Shown here one piece after another: positions 1 through 14,142 of a stretch of DNA of 64,000 nt. The position numbers and the translations under genes are program-made. This DNA is from Lingula anatina (lineage: Eukaryota; Animalia; Brachiopoda): NCBI GenBank assembly GCA_051362555.1, contig CM120646.1:2666001-2730000 (forward strand), read 5' to 3'. Under the pieces are notes generated by a model. The model was given only the letters and a program-made list of their open reading frames with translations, searched no databases and was not told the DNA's origin. Position 1 is the stretch's first letter. Each line of letters begins with the position of its first letter.

Positions 1-92
1 TAGTCCATGTTTAGATGATGAAAGGTTGACCAGATGGTTGTCCGGAAGGGGTTAGAGGTGTCCCACTCCTGTATCAGTTTATTTAAATTAAC

Positions 93-123
<31 letters not shown>

Positions 124-1504
124 TATTGATGAATTTATTTGGATTCAACAATACAAATATGTTCAGAGGACTTTACAATGCAACGAAAAAAATAATTTTA
201 AGGCAAGTAAAAGAAATGAAAAATCAATTACCCGAGGAAAATTCAATTAAAATAAATTATGTAGAAATTAAAAACGTTGCTTAATCACACTCTTTAAAAG
301 TCGTTTATAATAACTGTATTCATAATTTTTTTTTAAATTAAACTTGAAGAAATTTCATTCGTTGTAAGTCTACCTCAACTTGCTTTGGCCATGATGCCAT
401 GTGTGTTATGGACGCATGAGACGGCACATACGCCCAACGCGACAAATGGTGTCTGTATCTGAACAATTTTGAAATTCCACGCAGTGCACACATTACGGAT
501 TAACGTTACGTCGACATCCCTCATTATTGACCCGATATTATCCGTTACTAACCATGAAAAGGATTCTGCGCTACGTTTCTGGTAGCCGCTTTCAATTATA
601 CACATCTTTAATTATACTTTTACGTATTGCGCCGGGATCTCCTTCTATCTTTGGTTGATCTTGACGCAATAACGTGCCGATCAAAGGTTTATAGAGAAGA
701 TGAAACTTGCTGTGATGCTACATCGGAATATTTTGTCCATTTCAAATGTAAAGAACACAGGGAACGTTTATTGTCATTTTCCATAGTGCTACGTCTCAAA
801 GTATTAAAACCATCTTGATTTAAGCAAATGGTCTATTTAGGGTCCAGTAAGTGTGGACTAAGTGTGGTCTGTCTGTCTGTCTGTTTGAATGAAGTGATTG
901 TATTTTTAATAGGAGTTCGGGAGGGGAGTTCGACAGTGTTTCCTTTGTACTACACGCGTATGTTCTGACATTGTGTTTTTAATCTGTGAATTACAGATTG
1001 CATCGGTGGTTCATTGCACACAACCTAGAACCCAATGGGTCTTTCTTCTTGTGTAGATTCGTTTCGATAACCCAATTATTTCCGTAATTGTACACGCACC
1101 TAATGCGTGATTATCACGCCCTACCTCATGGTTGGCTAATATAGTGATGTTGTTATTAAGATTTTTGTCTTTTAAATAGACAGATATCCCTGATGGTTCC
1201 ATATAAGTGACAATTAAGATGACCTTCTTGGGACATTTATGCAACCAGTGTCACAATGACCCTAATGTTAACAGATATTGTAAAACATGACCTTTGTACA
1301 AGTATTTGCCGTTCGTAGTGACACAGTTCCGATTCGGTGGTTAATAACCTAATCTCAATACATAATACATAATCTCTGAGCATTTGGGTTTGTGGTCCTC
1401 TTCAGTGTAAGTTGTCTGTAAAGACGTGATCGCAGTCATGTAGAAAACGATTTTTTAAATAGTTTTCTAAAGTGTTTCTCTCTGTTCGAGGTGGACAACA
1501 GAAA

Positions 1505-4500
1505 ATGGCGACTGCCAGGAGCTCTTACCTGAAGCTTTTTGCGCTGGCATCGATGTATTTGATAGTTTATATTGCCCACAATGGCATACAAAATTTACAG
1601 AGCACATTGAATGCCAGAGGCGGCCTTGGAGTTGTCGCCCTCTGCTTAGTCTACACTGGGATTATCGTATCTTCCTTCTTCGCTCCCGCGGTGGTGGCGA
1701 AACTGGGGCCAAAGTTTGTGGTTGTCTTGGGCTTTGTGTCCCACGCACTTTGGCAAGCATCGAATTTTTACGTTGCACCGTATACACTGCTACCGGGCGC
1801 CTTACTGCTTGGACTTATGTGGGGACCTTTATGGACCGCCCAGGGGATCTTTCTTACCATCTACGCACTCGACTACTCCAAGGCTACCAATCAAAAGATT
1901 CCTATAAGCATAAGCCGCTTCACTGGGATATTTTGGCTGATTTTTAAGACGTCTCATATTTGGGGCAATGCGCTATCCTGGTTGGTTTTTAAGCAGACTG
2001 AGCATGATGATTCCGACCTCGGAAACGTTAGTATGAGTAACGTGACTGCTTTCTGTAGCAGAGACAGCTGTCCACTTGTCACAGAAACAAAGCACAAACA
2101 CGTTCAGACAAATTCTGCCAGACCGCCAGATCACTTGGTGTATATTCTAATTGGCGCGTACCTCACGCTAGTACTGATAGGTTGCACTTTACCGATTTGT
2201 CTCCTGAAGCCTATAGATCACAAAAAACACGCTGCTCCAAATATAAGAGGGCCCAAAGCGCTATTGCTCAGTACAGTTTCATTATTCCTGAAGGAAACAA
2301 AGATGCTTTTACTCATCCCCTTGCTTTCATTTAATGGGTTCCATCAAGCTTTTATATACAGTGTTTTTACAAAGGTGAGTTTGTTACATTTCAGGAAATT
2401 GGTACTTATTTGATTTGAGGAGAACAACTATACATGCGTAGAAGCAAGTGATTCTATCTAAGTATGTACGGATAAATAAGCCTCCATTGTCACCGAAGTT
2501 GACACTGCAGTTTCTGGCAATTTTAAAAGTAGTATTGTGAGGGCTGCGATTGCATATTAAAGCATATATCTGGTGTATTTAAGACTAGTTTTCTCGATCT
2601 TGTACTTACACCTACTTTTTGAAAACCGGTCAACCAGGTTGAAAGACATGCTCGAAGCACACATGCCATTACCATTTACGTAAAAATGTCTAGGTCGCTG
2701 ATTTAGCAAATGTATTATTATTATTGTTTGTCTATCTCCAAATCAAAAGTGAAACTTTAATCTCACGAGGCGTCGCACATATGGCATAATATTTAACCTG
2801 TGAATTACCAAAACCTTGATTATTGCCAAAAGTATACGTTATGGCGTTGACAGATGGTGACACAGTATGGGTGGTTCACTCGGCGATGCCACAATAAATA
2901 AGTATCATATTGCAAATGCAACGAAAATAACATTAACCTGTAATAAATATAAGTATCAAAGGTGACAGTGATGAGAGTGCATGAGAAGGCCGATCAGCCA
3001 TGCATAATCTTCATTATATACAGCACTGGTCAACTTCACACTACTTAATCGGATATGGGTCAGTAGCTCGATTGTGAAAGGGGGTACAGATACGATAACC
3101 ATTGGTACATGTAAGAGGTAAATTTGTATACGTACATAGTGTTTAATGAATGTATGTATACATAAACATATAGTGCTGTCAGTTACGTTGAATAGAGAGA
3201 GAGAGAGGGGTGCGTCCTTACAGGTGCCTATGTCTGTACCAATGGTGAGAAACTGAGGGTCTGCGAATTACCCACTTTCCCCCTTTTCCTCCGTTAATGT
3301 ACAAAAACTGTATTAACCGCTTTATTAATGCTTAGCAGACCTTATTCCCCCTCCCCCACTGAATCCACCAGTGGTCTTAGATATAGAAACACTTATAATT
3401 TTAATTTTAAAAGATCCGAAACAAATCATTTAAAGCTGAAAGTGTATGAGCCGTGTCCTCATGTCCCCTGCATGATAGATTGGTTCATACATTTTGTCCT
3501 GTGTTTCTATCTTAAGACCGGGACTTTTCTGATGCATTGTTCGATAGTGAAGTGGATCATAAGTATTAATTATTTTTTAACTTTTCAAGATTTCTTCCCT
3601 ACAGATTCCGTCGGCGTGTTGCCCGTACACAGAACCGTTAGGAAAACAAACGGCGACTTTTATTTTTCGAGAGGGCATTATCCTGACGACGCGTCAGCCT
3701 GCTTTTCATTCTGAAATTTCTCTTTTCCAGGCGTTCGTGGCTTGTGAGCTGGGAATAGAATGGGTCGGCTATACCATGATGTGTTACGGCGTCACCAGCG
3801 CCATCTCCCCCTGGGTCTTTGGTCACCTCCATAAGTGGATCGGATTCCCCATCAACTACACTGCGGCAGGAATCATTAATATGGCCCTGTTTATCCAGAT
3901 GTTGGTCTACCCGGTGTCTAAAGAGCATTTAGGTTACTTCTTCTTCATACCAGGGATTTGGGGAGTTTTGAATGGGATGTGGCAAAGCCGAACTCTTGGT
4001 GAGATTAATTTATGTATTTTCATGTATATTAAAATAGGTTTTTCATGGTTTTGTGCGTCATGATGGTTAAAAGTCAAATCGTTTTTATGAGGATACATGT
4101 CTTAATCATTTTGGTGTAAAAATACGATTAGTCTCTTTAAGATTATGTTTTTTGTCATATTTTTATTGAATATATTTTATTGAATTTTGTAAGTCCTCTG
4201 GATATCGAGTTATCTTGAAAAATAATAAATAGTTTATCCTCATTTAGCGCACTTGTAAGTCTGTGGGTCCACACTTTATACTCTGAATCCATATACATAA
4301 CGTGTCATGGGAATGCTGGGCACTCATTGTTTCTATTTGGTTTTCACTGAAAACACTTAAACTGATGTAAACTGAAAACCATATTGTGTATTGTGCATTT
4401 TTAAATGTGTAAGTTTTTACGTTAACGTATGTCTCGCTCGCAGACAGACACGTTTATAAGCGTTATACATCCGTATCTTTTGTAATATTGTGATTTATTT

Positions 4501-5062
4501 GAATTACTGTTAAGAAACTAGAAATTTATGATAAAATACTACTTTGTTTTTTTTTCTAGCCCTGCTTGGGATACATTTCTCACACAACCAGCGTCCAGCG
4601 TTTGCAAACTATCACCTATGGCAAGGGGTGGGGTTTACAGTGTCCTTCGCCTATGGAAACCTTCTATGCGTGGCAACGAAGATCTACATTTGTATGACCA
4701 TGCTTGTGCTTTCTCTCTTGTTATACTACGTGGTGGAAATCAAAACGAGACTTGAGAAAAAGAAGGAAAAATCAGGACAGGTTATCAGTGATGAAAAACA
4801 AAATGGCAACATACCGGAAGCTGAAAAGCTCTCCCCGAACGGTATCAGGGAAGACGACGTTAAAAAGTTAGCTTTATCAACTACTTCACTTCCAAATGAA
4901 TTGAGTATCCCTTTCACGCAAAGTGACTTGTATCTCTATGCCACCGACGTGAACTTCTTAGCAGCTTCCACCGGAAGTATGATCGCCAGATGGGACTCCA
5001 TGTCACGTGACCAGTTCCGTTCTGTTGTGAAAGCCAAGTCCAAGGACAGCGTGCACGCTTAA
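1505..5062 (+). CDS. UNC93A: Protein unc-93 homolog A-like (UNC-93/MFS multi-pass membrane protein), 3 coding exons, ~546 aa
   Basis: Exons 1505-2374, 3731-3998, 4560-5062 join in frame through GT-AG introns (phase 0, phase 1). The motifs NGIQNLQSTLN..GLG..LCLVY, WGPLWTAQGIFLT, FTKAFVACELGIEWVGYTMMCYG and AFANYHLWQGVGFTVSFAY are typical of the UNC-93 family. Orthology to UNC93A is by recognition only. Confidence 0.9.
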
Positions 5063-6925
5063 CTGCAGATCCTTCGGTTTGTTTTAGAAGGGATTTTAAA
5101 CTGAAAACGGAGCTCATATCACTGCTAGTGATGTGACAGAGGTTTTTACTACCAGTCCTCTCCCGTATATCAACTGGAGTCGTCCACGAACCTTCTGCAG
5201 GCTTTCAGCAATTATTGTATCTATGGCTGCCACGAGGATATATTACTGCATCTATCCTTGAGTTCTTATTCAGTTTAGAATACCAACCCCACTTTGGTGT
5301 ACCAATTGAACATTCATTCTTATAAATTAATATTTTATCTTTTAAAACACTGGAAAACACCAAATGAAATATACATCGGCTCTGATGCGTCCTCGAGTCT
5401 TGTTTTAAGAGCCACATAGATGAAATCCAACGCATTTTAAACTTCTTGTTTTAGTTTTTAAAACAGGCTTGCTCAGATAGGTGTTGGGGACAAAACTGCT
5501 GAAACACCACAGAGGTGATCGCATATACATGTACAGGGTAAGCACCGTCTTATGCGGGTTTCAGCTTGGTTAAGATAACAGGCGTACTTCGTCTCAATAC
5601 TCCTGACTTCGACGAGACTGATATTTCGGTTACTGACAGCTAAGTAATTTTATGATGATGCTTAGCGCATTAAATCATATATATTTTACGCCGTGACAGT
5701 GTTTAAAATCTACTTTTGTATATTTAATTGTGATAAAATTTACCGTATAACTAGAGGTGTCGATGCCACACAAAACACGATTCTAGAAATAGGAATACGG
5801 AGACGAATTATGCATGCGTATATTTGGAGACATGGACGGGTGATGGCGCTCCTGACGTAATGCTACCTTAAATTTGATAAATCCTTGATTTAGATAAAAT
5901 GTGATAAGTAATAGGGGTAATTACGACAATAAATGTCCACTTCATACGCTGAGGTAAAAAATGATCCCAGTTACTAGGTAGGGCTATTTGGAGCTGATAA
6001 AGTATATCCGTATATAAATTTGTTATTACGTTTAAGGACCATGTACGGTGATGTACCGGTATATTTTACTCGGCAAGTTCAAGTATGCTACGTCACATTG
6101 ACGTACACGATAACTTACATAAACAATAGCATCAAACTAGTCAATTGATCTCGATCAAAGAAGCCGTATAGGTCTGGCCTTCTTGCCCCGCACAGCAAAG
6201 CTGATGTGTAAAAAAGTGAAATGCCAAGACACAAAACTTTCAAACAATGACACAACATGTGTAATGTTTTTTTTTAGAATTAACAATATTTAACTTTTAT
6301 TAACTCATTTTAATGAATTTTTGATAGGATGATTTGTTAAAACCCATGTTAAGAATTATATGCTATTGATTTGTTGAATAATACAAACTTATGCTCAAAT
6401 AAAACAACCTTAACATCAAAGCATTTTGTGCTCAATATTTCAAATGCTATGTCCCATGTGTATAAGTGGAAATGACTTTTACTGACAAAATGTTTCTTGG
6501 TAAAAACCAAAAATATACAATTTGAAGGTAATCCCATGGTTTTACATTATTACCAATATTGTTCGATATGATATCTTGGCGCTAATATGCACGGAGGCGG
6601 TACGGCAGCGTCACATCTACAGCAATAAGCCATTGATTAAATCAAAACAAAACGTCCTTTCTAGAGCTCTTTAAGTTTGACCCTGCAGTTTTGCATTTCT
6701 CTTTGTAGATGTGAACATTTTGAAAACTCAAAACAATGACATACTTTAAAGATATTAAATATTTTAATTTAAATTCAAAAGTAGATTCAACGGTCATCCA
6801 TTGGTCTTCTTCGGGGAATGTGTTCCCAGGCGCGTCCGCCAGGTGGCCACCCAATTATATCATGACGCTCGTCTTTCACTACAGGCCGCCGTGTACGGTA
6901 TTCAAAATCCTCCGATAATCCCCAA

Positions 6926-6926
<1 letters not shown>

Positions 6927-6965
<39 letters not shown>
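6927..6965. repeat. Poly-C tract
   Basis: Homopolymer run; it produces spurious poly-Pro/poly-Gly ORFs. Confidence 0.95.
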
Positions 6966-6966
<1 letters not shown>

Positions 6967-8658
6967 CCTTTCCAATTGCTACCTGGATAAGTGCCTGTGA
7001 TAAAATAGCTAATTATGAGTTTAGCGCAGGAATAATCAGTCGGGAAATTCTGGCACATAGTAACATCTGTCTGAAGTACACCAAAAGATACTTGTGTAAC
7101 ATATTCGATCATAAGACCAATTACACACGGTTATATAGAAAATCCATCTTTTAATTTCCTAAGTGGTGCAAGAGAAATGTGTGAAATATGATAATCGAAT
7201 CGTGTAGGCTTCTGAAATTATAAGAGGTCTTATGGCAATATAAAAAATTAATTCGTGTACTTTTACTTCGGTCTAGTATATATTACTTCAGATCACAACA
7301 GTGAGTGATTCTTGACATAATGGCTGTGACCCCAATTAGGCGTGTAAATTAGACACATTTTAAACGGTGGACATGTGGTAGTATATTTAATCCAGCTATA
7401 TATTTTCTCAGGGAAACATTGATTAAATTGAACTTTTTTTCTCCGTTTTAAGGTCGGTAGGTTTGTTAGCACTTTGTATTCACTCTTTATCATGGATGTA
7501 AATTCCTTCTTTTACAACGTAACAAGCATGTACTAGGTGCATCATGATGGCCCTTGCTTATTTATTCTTCATCTGGTCCGTAGCCAGCAATTTCAAAAGG
7601 TTTTGTTTTTTTCGGAAAGTTAGACATTTTACAAGGAAACCTTTGTATGAGTAGGTCAAATTTTCCCCAGAATGGATTTTTCCTGACAAAAAGGGTATCG
7701 GATATTCTTTTGAGCCCCCAATCCCCCCCCCCCCCATCCCCTCCCCCCCCCCCCCCCCCCCCGGGCTACGGGCCTGTTCACCTATTCGAACTGTAAATCC
7801 GCACATCGCTAACGGTCAGATAATAATGGTATCGATATTACAATATCCGATACACAGTCATCAATAAAACGTATTTGATTATTTACCTATTGTCCAGTAA
7901 ATATTTCTTCGTGTCTGAATTTCCCAATAGTCATATTTCACAATCGAATAGTGCAACTCTTTAATGATCGAACAATATTGATTTCAAGGTGCATATGCAC
8001 TTAAGCGCATGGATTGTGGAGAAATGCTATCCCACTGTAATGTGTTTTAAGTCAAATGTCATACTTAAAGGGACAGTTCGTCGCCTGAGGCAAAAATGAA
8101 TCGCTGACATTTTAACACTTTCCCAGTGCTTCTGATGCGTGGTAACACTGATTTTAACCATGCTCTCCAAAAGAAAGTATTGTATAAAAATATACCCATG
8201 ACCTCGGTTCTCAGCAAAAATGAGATTTTTACCCGCTGTAAGTCAAGTTCATGATGGCGGGGAATTCGTTTTGATTTTTGTTTTTATCACAGCTATTTCG
8301 TAGGAATAAAAATGCCTTTCAGACATACGTGCATATTACGCATAACGCACAGATTTTATTTTGATTATTTTTATTTATTGCGAGCTGAAAGACAAAAATC
8401 CTTGTCCATTAAAGATCTATGTCGATGAAAATCAATTTCCCTTAAAGAAATCTTCTATCAGTTACGCTTTTCCCAGATACTTTTCTTCTGAGAACAGTAT
8501 CTAAGACCATTTTTATGAAGATGATAAAGTCAGTAATTGTTCAACTAAAATAATAAAAAGTTGTCTTCAATACAGGTAAAATTAACCAGGGTGACGTGTG
8601 ATACAGTAGATACATATATTTAACACCACAAGTGACATCTGTAGATACGAAGCCCCAT

Positions 8659-11600
8659 TTAAAATGATATCAATGTAAAATTGGCATACCCATGATACGC
8701 GTTTACACCAACTTCATTGCTCTGGGCAATACCAGTGTTATAGGACCCCCCTCCACCTCCGCTCTGGTCAGGACTCCCATTACCCCCGGCACCCCCTGAG
8801 TACCCGCCGCCACCCCCGGGTCCACCAAATTTGCCCTTGGCACCCCCACCACCCCCAAAGCCCCCATTACTCAAAGGTTGATTTTCATTCCCAATTCCAC
8901 CCACCCCACCATTAACAAACGCACTGCCTCCAGTTGCTCCCGTATTGGCGTTTGTCGCGCCATCTGTTAGCAGACCGCCACCGCCGGCTCCACCCGTGTT
9001 GGAACTTGACTCTCCACCTTGGCCATTATCCCCACCGTACCAAGTACCCCGATCCTGCCCCCACGTGTTGTCGGTGGCATCGGATACAGTTTTGTGGTTA
9101 AGTAAGGCGCTGCTACCGCCGCCGCCACCGGCAATGATCAGAGGGACGTCAGTGTCCGTGGTGACAAACGTCCCACCGCCGCCACCAGCACCCGCATGGC
9201 CCGTGTTGCATAAACCCATTTGCCCGACAAGGACTTTCAGTTTTTCTCCTGAAAACAAACGGTTATTGAAAGAGCACTCTCCTATTATGCTATCCAACAA
9301 CAAATTAGCTCTCTTAAACTTTAAAGAATTATAACTATACGAGTTATTGTCTTTTTTCACTTATCCTTTTCGACCTCTCCTTTCTCACATTTGCAGACAG
9401 AGCATTGTTTGTTTTTAGGTGAAGAACAACCAACGCGCTGTACACAAGATAGACTGGTGTCTTGGTATACATGTATTGAGGGGGACAGAGAAAGAGAGAA
9501 TTAAAAAGTCTTTACCTTAGCAAATCTCTCTCTCTCTCTCAAATACACAAACGCCCACAAACACACACAAACACACTCTCGCACTTCAGAAAACTTACCA
9601 CTGACAAAACTAAAAGTGCCTGTCATTTTAGCACCTTGTCCATTGTATGTGTAACAAGTATCTGCACCTCTGTATGTATCTCCCCCGCCCATCGCTCCTA
9701 CGGAGAAAAAGAAAAATCAATATTGAGGTGTATCTAAGAAGTGATTTGCGGTAGGCGTGGCGAACAAGCGCAAGGCATGTTCAAATACCGAGTGTATAAA
9801 ACAAACACAAAAACAACAAATTTAGTGCTTATGCCGGTACATATATGTGGTGCGAAAGCTTGAAAGTGATAAAAGGCTATATATATGCCCATTAGAGGGC
9901 CTTTGCTGATCAATACGTGATAAAGTAATAAACGTAATATAAAAATCAGAAAAAACCAATAGTTGTGTAATGTTATAAGAGTAAAGTTGTTTTCTTCAAT
10001 CAACAGTTAAAATTGAAATTGTTTGCCCCCAATATGTAAATGTACTGACAGTATGTGTTGCAATTTTGCGAAAAGGCAAAGATTAAAGGGATAAACTAAC
10101 AACTGTTCATTTCGACAAAAAATGGATTATTCTTGGGTAAAGGTGTATACCAATGGTTAATGAATCAATTCCGACATCCAATGTTAGTCCCGGTTTTTTC
10201 AAAGTTTGTTTTTTTTTTTTTTTTGTAATATTGCCTCAGATACTTTACACAGTGTAGCCATTTAAGGAGGACACGTTATGAGATGGCAAGCACAAATTCC
10301 AGAATAATTGCATTTACTGCCATTTTGGTGGTAAAATAGAATTTATTGTATTGTTTGCAGTGCATTTATTGTAAAACATGGATGTCATACGAACAGTTGT
10401 TATCCCTTTTAATGTAAATGTACATGGTGAATTGTGAGTACATTCTCTCGCTGAAGCTGGAAGTGGTCTGGCATATACACTGTACATGTACGAGTCAGGG
10501 GCGGATTCAGAGTTATTTCCTGACAGTCTTCCAAATTATCTTTGTTGATCCGTTCTTCATTTTTGACCGTCTTTCGACAGAAAAAATTAGATACCCGCCA
10601 ATGTAAACTTGAAAATCTGACCGTCTTCTGGAAGACCCAGAAGACGCCCTAAATCCGCCCCTGCGAGTGACAGTGTATTATCTGACACATACACAGCAGT
10701 TCTATTTGCCACGCACAGCTCTAGGACATTCGCGATGTAGATCATGCAACAAAACACCACACAATGCTGCACGGTTGTTTTCTTTATTATCAACACACGT
10801 GTCTCCACCAACATGGATTCCTAATATCACGTGGTACAAAAATCCCACCAGAGGGACACCACAAGCAGTGTCACCTCCAACACAATCAAGACAATACCAA
10901 TTCAATAATTCATAACACTACTCACCGCCCACCTCCACCCTGTACGTGCCAGTATAGGGCACTGTGAAGACCTGAATCCCACTGGAAACCTCCACCAAGC
11001 CATCCAGAGTAAGGCCGTCATAATGGCTGCCAACTGTCGTCGGACCGAACCTGCCCTCGGCTCCAAGGTTGGTGAAGTTATAGTGCGTTATGCCAGGAAA
11101 TTGGACCAGAGGTGCAGGAGTCGTGGCTTCAGGGATAAATGAAATAAGTTTGTTTAAGATGGCTGTATAGGCGCATCTCTACAAGGACCTGTTCCATAAA
11201 GGGCTTAAGCCCCAAAAACGGGTCTAAACTTTTAGAACGATATTGTGATCCAAATGAGTGAATGTTGTTAGTCCTCTAGTACAATAAGAATGATAAATAT
11301 GAAGAACTCTGATACTGAAACGTAGATTTTCCAACTGACCGACGTTGCAAAAGACCAGATGACCAGCTATCCAGGTCATTTACTGGTGAAAGGTCTCAGG
11401 TTGAGACTACAACATCGGTCAGTTGCTAAATATAAGTTTCAGTATCCACTTTGGCACCATATTAATTCGTAGTAGTCCAATCAAATAAATAAATTAATAA
11501 ATAAACTTATCTTGGCTTATAGAAAAAGGCATGTGGCTAAACACTCAGACATAGACTCACATTTGTATATTTGTATATTTATATATTACATATCACATAT

Positions 11601-12853
11601 TAAGTGCTAAGAAATGTAATTAATATGATAAACAATCAAGGACATAGTATCATATTCAAATTTTAATGTCAGCTGAATGAATTTTTTTCGTGCAAAAGTT
11701 TTTCATTGTCACATTGAAGTATGTTTGGGACAGAGAGAATATTTTTAGGTGCATAGAGTGCCAACTTACCTATCTTCGGCGCAACACGGGAATATATCTG
11801 AAAACCAAATTCAAACCATCAGTTAGAAAATAATATGAAATCCGGAAAAGTTTTAAATGAAATTGTATCATTGCCATTATTGTAAATAACGTGACAGTAT
11901 ATGTTTTTATCACAAGTTCAAAATGTGTGCATGCTTACCGTTACTGCTGCATTAAATAAAAAAGACTAATAAATTAATTAAGCAATGGATTATTGAATGA
12001 ATTTTGGACTGTAGGCATAATTCATCAAATAAAACAATATGCACACTTTAAAACTACCTTCCATCCTGTCGAGGGCAGCAGGTCCCCGCTCACGCCGGCG
12101 TCTTCATACGACACACTGGACAACTCGCACTCCTGTGTCACCTCGTTGTGCGCCAGTGACGAGCAGTTCGCTGCCCGCAGACATAGCCCTATGCAGCGTA
12201 ATTTTGTGACAGCTGACAGTTGGCGTGCGACCAGCTGGGAGTTTATTCTGAATCCACTATGCCGCTCCAAGTAACCATCGGTGTTGTCGGAAGAGGCAAC
12301 TGGGAATATACAGTAGTTCAATATCAAGAAAATTGAATTAAATGACAAAATGGCTCTGAAAGTGAAGGAAACATTTACTCCTGTTGTGACTTGAAAAATA
12401 AAGAGGATTAAAACTGGATTTGATTTTCATTCATTATTTCCGCCAAGGCGGTTATGCTTTTTTTTTTTTTTTTTTTTTTGGGGGGGGGGGGGGTGTTATT
12501 TAACAGCCTAACTGAAAATAATATGGACGGATTTTTATTCAAAATACGCGAAGTGAGAAAGTAGATAATGCATGCCAGCATTCAATTGGCTGACGCCAAA
12601 TTTACAAAAAATGTTCGTAAACTAGCGGAATAATGGCTGGCATGTTGTAAAAAATTTATAAATACTAGGAAAATTAATTAAGCGCATTTTTACAAAATGT
12701 AATGCAGTTTTTAAATATTACTTTTAAAAACACAATATAGAATCGTTACAAAAGATGAAAATGCTCTCAATCTAACCTGAAATATTTCCTCTTCGTCTTA
12801 CCTTTTACTAAAACACCAAATATAAGTAATTTCAAGGCAGTCTTGCGCTCCAT
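8659..12853 (-). CDS. Secreted protein: signal peptide + PAN/apple domain + ALK/LTK-type glycine-rich domain, 6 exons, ~403 aa
   Basis: Exons 12853-12802 (MERKTALKLLIFGVLVK), 12299-12058 (PAN: RCIGLCLRAANCSSLAHNEVTQECEL), 11797-11770, 11126-10926 (YNFTNLGAEGRFGP...GIQVFTVPYTGTYRVEVG), 9697-9599 (GQGAKMTGTFSF) and 9248-8659 (GEKLKVLVGQMG..GGGGGTFV..PLIIAGGGGG..GGFGGGGG..GGGGGYSGG..GGGGGSYN) total 1212 nt in frame. All introns are GT-AG. No TM or kinase exon precedes the stop. Confidence 0.85.
10087..10408. mobile_element. Kolobok-like MITE (TTAA target, AGGG terminus)
   Basis: TTAA-AGGGATAA...TTATCCCT-T-TTAA. It is an inverted relative of 32178-32514. Confidence 0.65.
10496..10663. mobile_element. 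168-bp MITE with CAGGGGCGGATT termini and a 5-bp TSD
   Basis: CGAGT flanks both ends. A second, 5'-truncated copy lies at ~47600-47750. Confidence 0.75.
11311..11446. repeat. Imperfect inverted repeat (~37-bp arms), MITE-like
   Basis: GATACTGAAACGTAGATTTTCCAACTGACCGACGTTG pairs with CAACATCGGTCAGTTGCTAAATATAAGTTTCAGTATC. Confidence 0.6.
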
Positions 12854-13899
12854 GTCGGCCCAGTGGCTTTAACGGAACTCGAGTGACAGTATGTCCACGT
12901 TCACAGCGACAGCTGCATCGATTTTCAATATTGTTGCGAGTTCTTTGCGTAATTGATGCAATAGTTGGCTGGCTGTGCAAATATCAACACTACCTGTATC
13001 TGTTCGGTTCCCAAGTTTCTGATTATATATATGACCTTGTCATTAATTACAAAATGAGGGGTGACCGGGGCCAGTTAGACACTTGTGCAGCCAGTCAGGA
13101 ATAAGTAGGTGCAACAAAACCGGTTTTAGAACGGTCTCCCCTAAAGTTGGAAGCGTTATAACGTTTATTTGATATGACAATGAAATTTTTTTAGTACTGG
13201 GATACCTCTGCGACGAATAACAGCTAGCTCATCAACTGACGGCAGTTTTTTTTCTTTTTAATTTTGCTCAAGAAGATAGGTTATTGGAGATCTTACGCCT
13301 TTTAATTTTTTCCCCTTTTTCAGTAACATCAGTAACCGCCCATTGACGTCATTCTCATTGACTTCATTGATTAACTATAAAATCTAACTTCAATGTCCAG
13401 TGGTTCGGTTTTGACCAAGACGTTAACAGGTCATTGACAATGTCCTGTCATATACACATTGGCCTAACCTTGACAACTTCAGTCAAATATTCCAACAATG
13501 ACCGTAAAAATCATTACATCGATCAATGCACTAATGGACATCGGCTTTTTGCATCCTTTTGCATTCAGTGACTGAATTATCTAATAGGCCAAAAAACGAC
13601 TCATTCGTAATTACTGTTGTTTATTGTTTGTTCCTAAAACAAATTTCCTATATCTGTTTTATAACCATTAACATAAAAAGTCACATTGTCTTGTTTTGGT
13701 CGTAAGGTTTAGTACCTACATATGTACAGTACCCGTGTACTAGTATTATTGTTATCGATTCGTATTGGAATCACGGTCTGTTATCGACAATTTGCGAGTA
13801 CACACCCATCCTGTCTGTACCACCATTTTGAACAGGGGTTTGAACATCTGTCATTTTATTCAAACCGTTCTGCAGTTGTGACCAAGTTGTTGACTTAAT

Positions 13900-14142
13900 G
13901 GGAGACCGGAGCTAGTTGGACCCCGGTGTAAGTTGGTCCCCCATCAAGTCTCTTTAATAAAGTTACTTAAAGATGCTAAACTATTTCATGTGGACTTACT
14001 GCCAACACTTTCTTAGCATTATTGGATACGGTCACTTTACAAAATGATGTGATCAATTCTTTTACCCCATAGTTAATGTGTCATGAATTGATGGAGGGGG
14101 GGGGGCGACTTACCCCGGGGTCCAACTAGCCCCGGTCTCCCC
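13900..14142. mobile_element. MITE with GGGGAGACCGGGGCTAGTTGGAC-type TIRs (related in style to the 20632 element); a smaller relative lies at ~13058-13141
   Basis: GGGAGACCGGAGCTAGTTGGACCCC ... GGGGTCCAACTAGCCCCGGTCTCCCC-TA. Confidence 0.65.

Noticed and set aside
1-1470. Short ORFs 375-605, 627-818, 1011-1244
   Set aside because: They have no domain features or splice structure, so they are probably upstream/UTR sequence of the UNC-93 gene.
1505-5062. UNC93B1 (TLR chaperone) as part of the immune cluster
   Set aside because: The sequence looks like generic UNC-93/UNC93A. Nothing ties it to TLR trafficking or to the cluster beyond proximity.
6787-7806. Poly-Pro/poly-Gly ORFs (also 28447-28665 3' part, 29006, 46360, 55134)
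   Set aside because: They are produced by C/G homopolymers and microsatellites, with no splice or domain support.
8945-9334. Pro-rich 129-aa ORF on the + strand
   Set aside because: It is the antisense shadow of the Gly-rich exon.
8659-12853. True ALK/LTK receptor tyrosine kinase gene
   Set aside because: A stop follows the glycine-rich domain, and no EGF, TM or kinase exons were found downstream.
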